Assembly: GCA_963764725.1 (NCBI GenBank)
Contig: CAVXTM010000018.1
Coordinates: forward strand, 416,001 to 480,000
Length of the DNA: 64,000 nt
Reading direction: 5' to 3'
Source: an uncultured Gammaproteobacteria bacterium
GTDB lineage: Bacteria > Pseudomonadota > Gammaproteobacteria > JACCXJ01
Part shown: in pieces, positions 63,002 to 64,000 of the stretch
Numbering within the stretch: the first letter of the stretch is position 1
How the letters are laid out: the number at the start of each line of letters is the position of its first letter
The notes under the pieces: generated by a model
Database searches by the model: none
Told to the model about the DNA's origin: nothing
Seen by the model: only the letters and a program-made list of their open reading frames with translations
Made by a program: the position numbers and the translations under genes

Positions 63002-63020
63002 GTCCGATCGGTATCTATGT

Positions 63021-64000
63021 TCATGGCAACACCCCCGCCTTGCCTGTATTGGCCGACCTATGTATCTGTTTGATACCCACCTTGGCTGTCCTAGAAGATC
63101 TCGATTTGCTTGCCACCGATCTGCTCTTACTTTGCGCGGTCTTAGGCGGCGATTTCTGCTTTGGGATGGTATACCGCTCCTCGGTCTTGACGGCCGCTGA
63201 GGGTCTCGTCCTACGGACTGTCGGTTCCTTTCTTCTCGCTACCGCTTTCTTCATCGGTCGCGGCTCGGGCGTCGTGGTTTTCTTTTTCTCGGGTGCCCTA
63301 GCAGGTTGTCTGCGCGAAGGTGGGACGTCTTGCGTCGTAGCACCGCTCATCTCCAAACCAAAGAGTGCGGCGATGTCGCTACCCTCGAGGATTTTGTCGG
63401 AAGGGGTCGCTTCCTTGACGAGCGATATCTCCTGGCCCCCCGTGGCGAGCAGGTCACTTTCATCCACATTGCGCAGCCTAAAAAGCAAACCGGGCTGTGT
63501 ATCGAGGCGCGCACCGACGCCGTACAACACGGCGGCGACATGCTTGCACATGTCGGCCCAGTCTGGGCAACTGCATGAGAGCTCAATGTCTTTGGGGGAG
63601 GGGAACAAGCCCCTGCCTGGCCGGCAGACGCGCTCCATGACACCTTTAGAAAGCCGCCCCTGCAAGAGCTCCACCAGTGAATCGATTGTTCCGGCACAAT
63701 CGCGGCAGAGGGCGCTCCAATGCGCTGCGGGCACTCGTGCAACCCCTACCTTCACCTGGTAGATTTCTGAGCCGCTGACCATGGCCGTGACCACGCTCTC
63801 GGTTATCTTTAAATCGATCACCGATCCGTTGCGCACATAGGCGCGGCCGCGCGGCAATCGGTTTGCAAAATCGCTGTAGCGCTCCAAATTCTCGCACCAT
63901 GCTTTACCCCAGAAACTCTTGGTGATCGTGCGGCCTTCAATCGTAACCGGTTCGATGGGATGTCCCTGTTTCTTAAGCCTGGCGATTTTCTGCGCGGCAT
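63021..64000 (-). CDS. SWIM zinc-finger protein, 5' end outside the window
   Basis: Frame is open to the edge (AAQKIARLKKQGHPIEPVTIEGRTITKSFWGKAWCENLERY...), NRLPRGR.Y.RNG.V, CSCPDW..MCKH; Lys/Arg-rich tail. Confidence 0.88.
   Translation of the reverse strand, partial: AAQKIARLKKQGHPIEPVTIEGRTITKSFWGKAWCENLERYSDFANRLPRGRAYVRNGSVIDLKITESVVTAMVSGSEIYQVKVGVARVPAAHWSALCRDCAGTIDSLVELLQGRLSKGVMERVCRPGRGLFPSPKDIELSCSCPDWADMCKHVAAVLYGVGARLDTQPGLLFRLRNVDESDLLATGGQEISLVKEATPSDKILEGSDIAALFGLEMSGATTQDVPPSRRQPARAPEKKKTTTPEPRPMKKAVARRKEPTVRRTRPSAAVKTEERYTIPKQKSPPKTAQSKSRSVASKSRSSRTAKVGIKQIHRSANTGKAGVLP

Overview
Mostly core chromosome of a GC-rich (visually about 60%) gammaproteobacterium; gene content such as the class III PhaEC suggests a Chromatiales/Nitrosococcales-like lineage (inference). 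Left to right: hupB start-lon-clpX-clpP-tig-tRNA-Leu; valS-holC-pepA / lptF (no lptG) / psd; a PHA cluster (phaE, phaC, two phasins, GTP-PEPCK, a degenerate phaB paralog, phaR, phaB, phaA) abutting lpdA-sucB-sucA / gltA-mdh; a HAD phosphatase and rppH; an MSHA/T2SS-like type IV filament cluster with a frameshifted ATPase and two large pilins; a Fur-box iron module (bfr, bfd, porin, FMN-binding protein, PepSY-TM); prlC, SH3 protein, xthA, rpmE, a nuclease, a Ser/Thr kinase, rsd, bioA, rsmE, argH, asmA, mutY, yggX; and a tRNA-Phe with a damaged 3' end followed by a SWIM Zn-finger gene (probable island edge). Best leads: (1) an apparent phasin::catalytically dead PhaB fusion; (2) a small IPVL-x-DVV protein fused in frame to ValS; (3) the porin/FMN/PepSY iron module without ApbE; (4) a two-copy, three-hairpin intergenic element; (5) the broken tRNA-Phe; (6) PhaR-like boxes that extend to the TCA genes. 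All calls come from reading the sequence by eye; no database searches were run.
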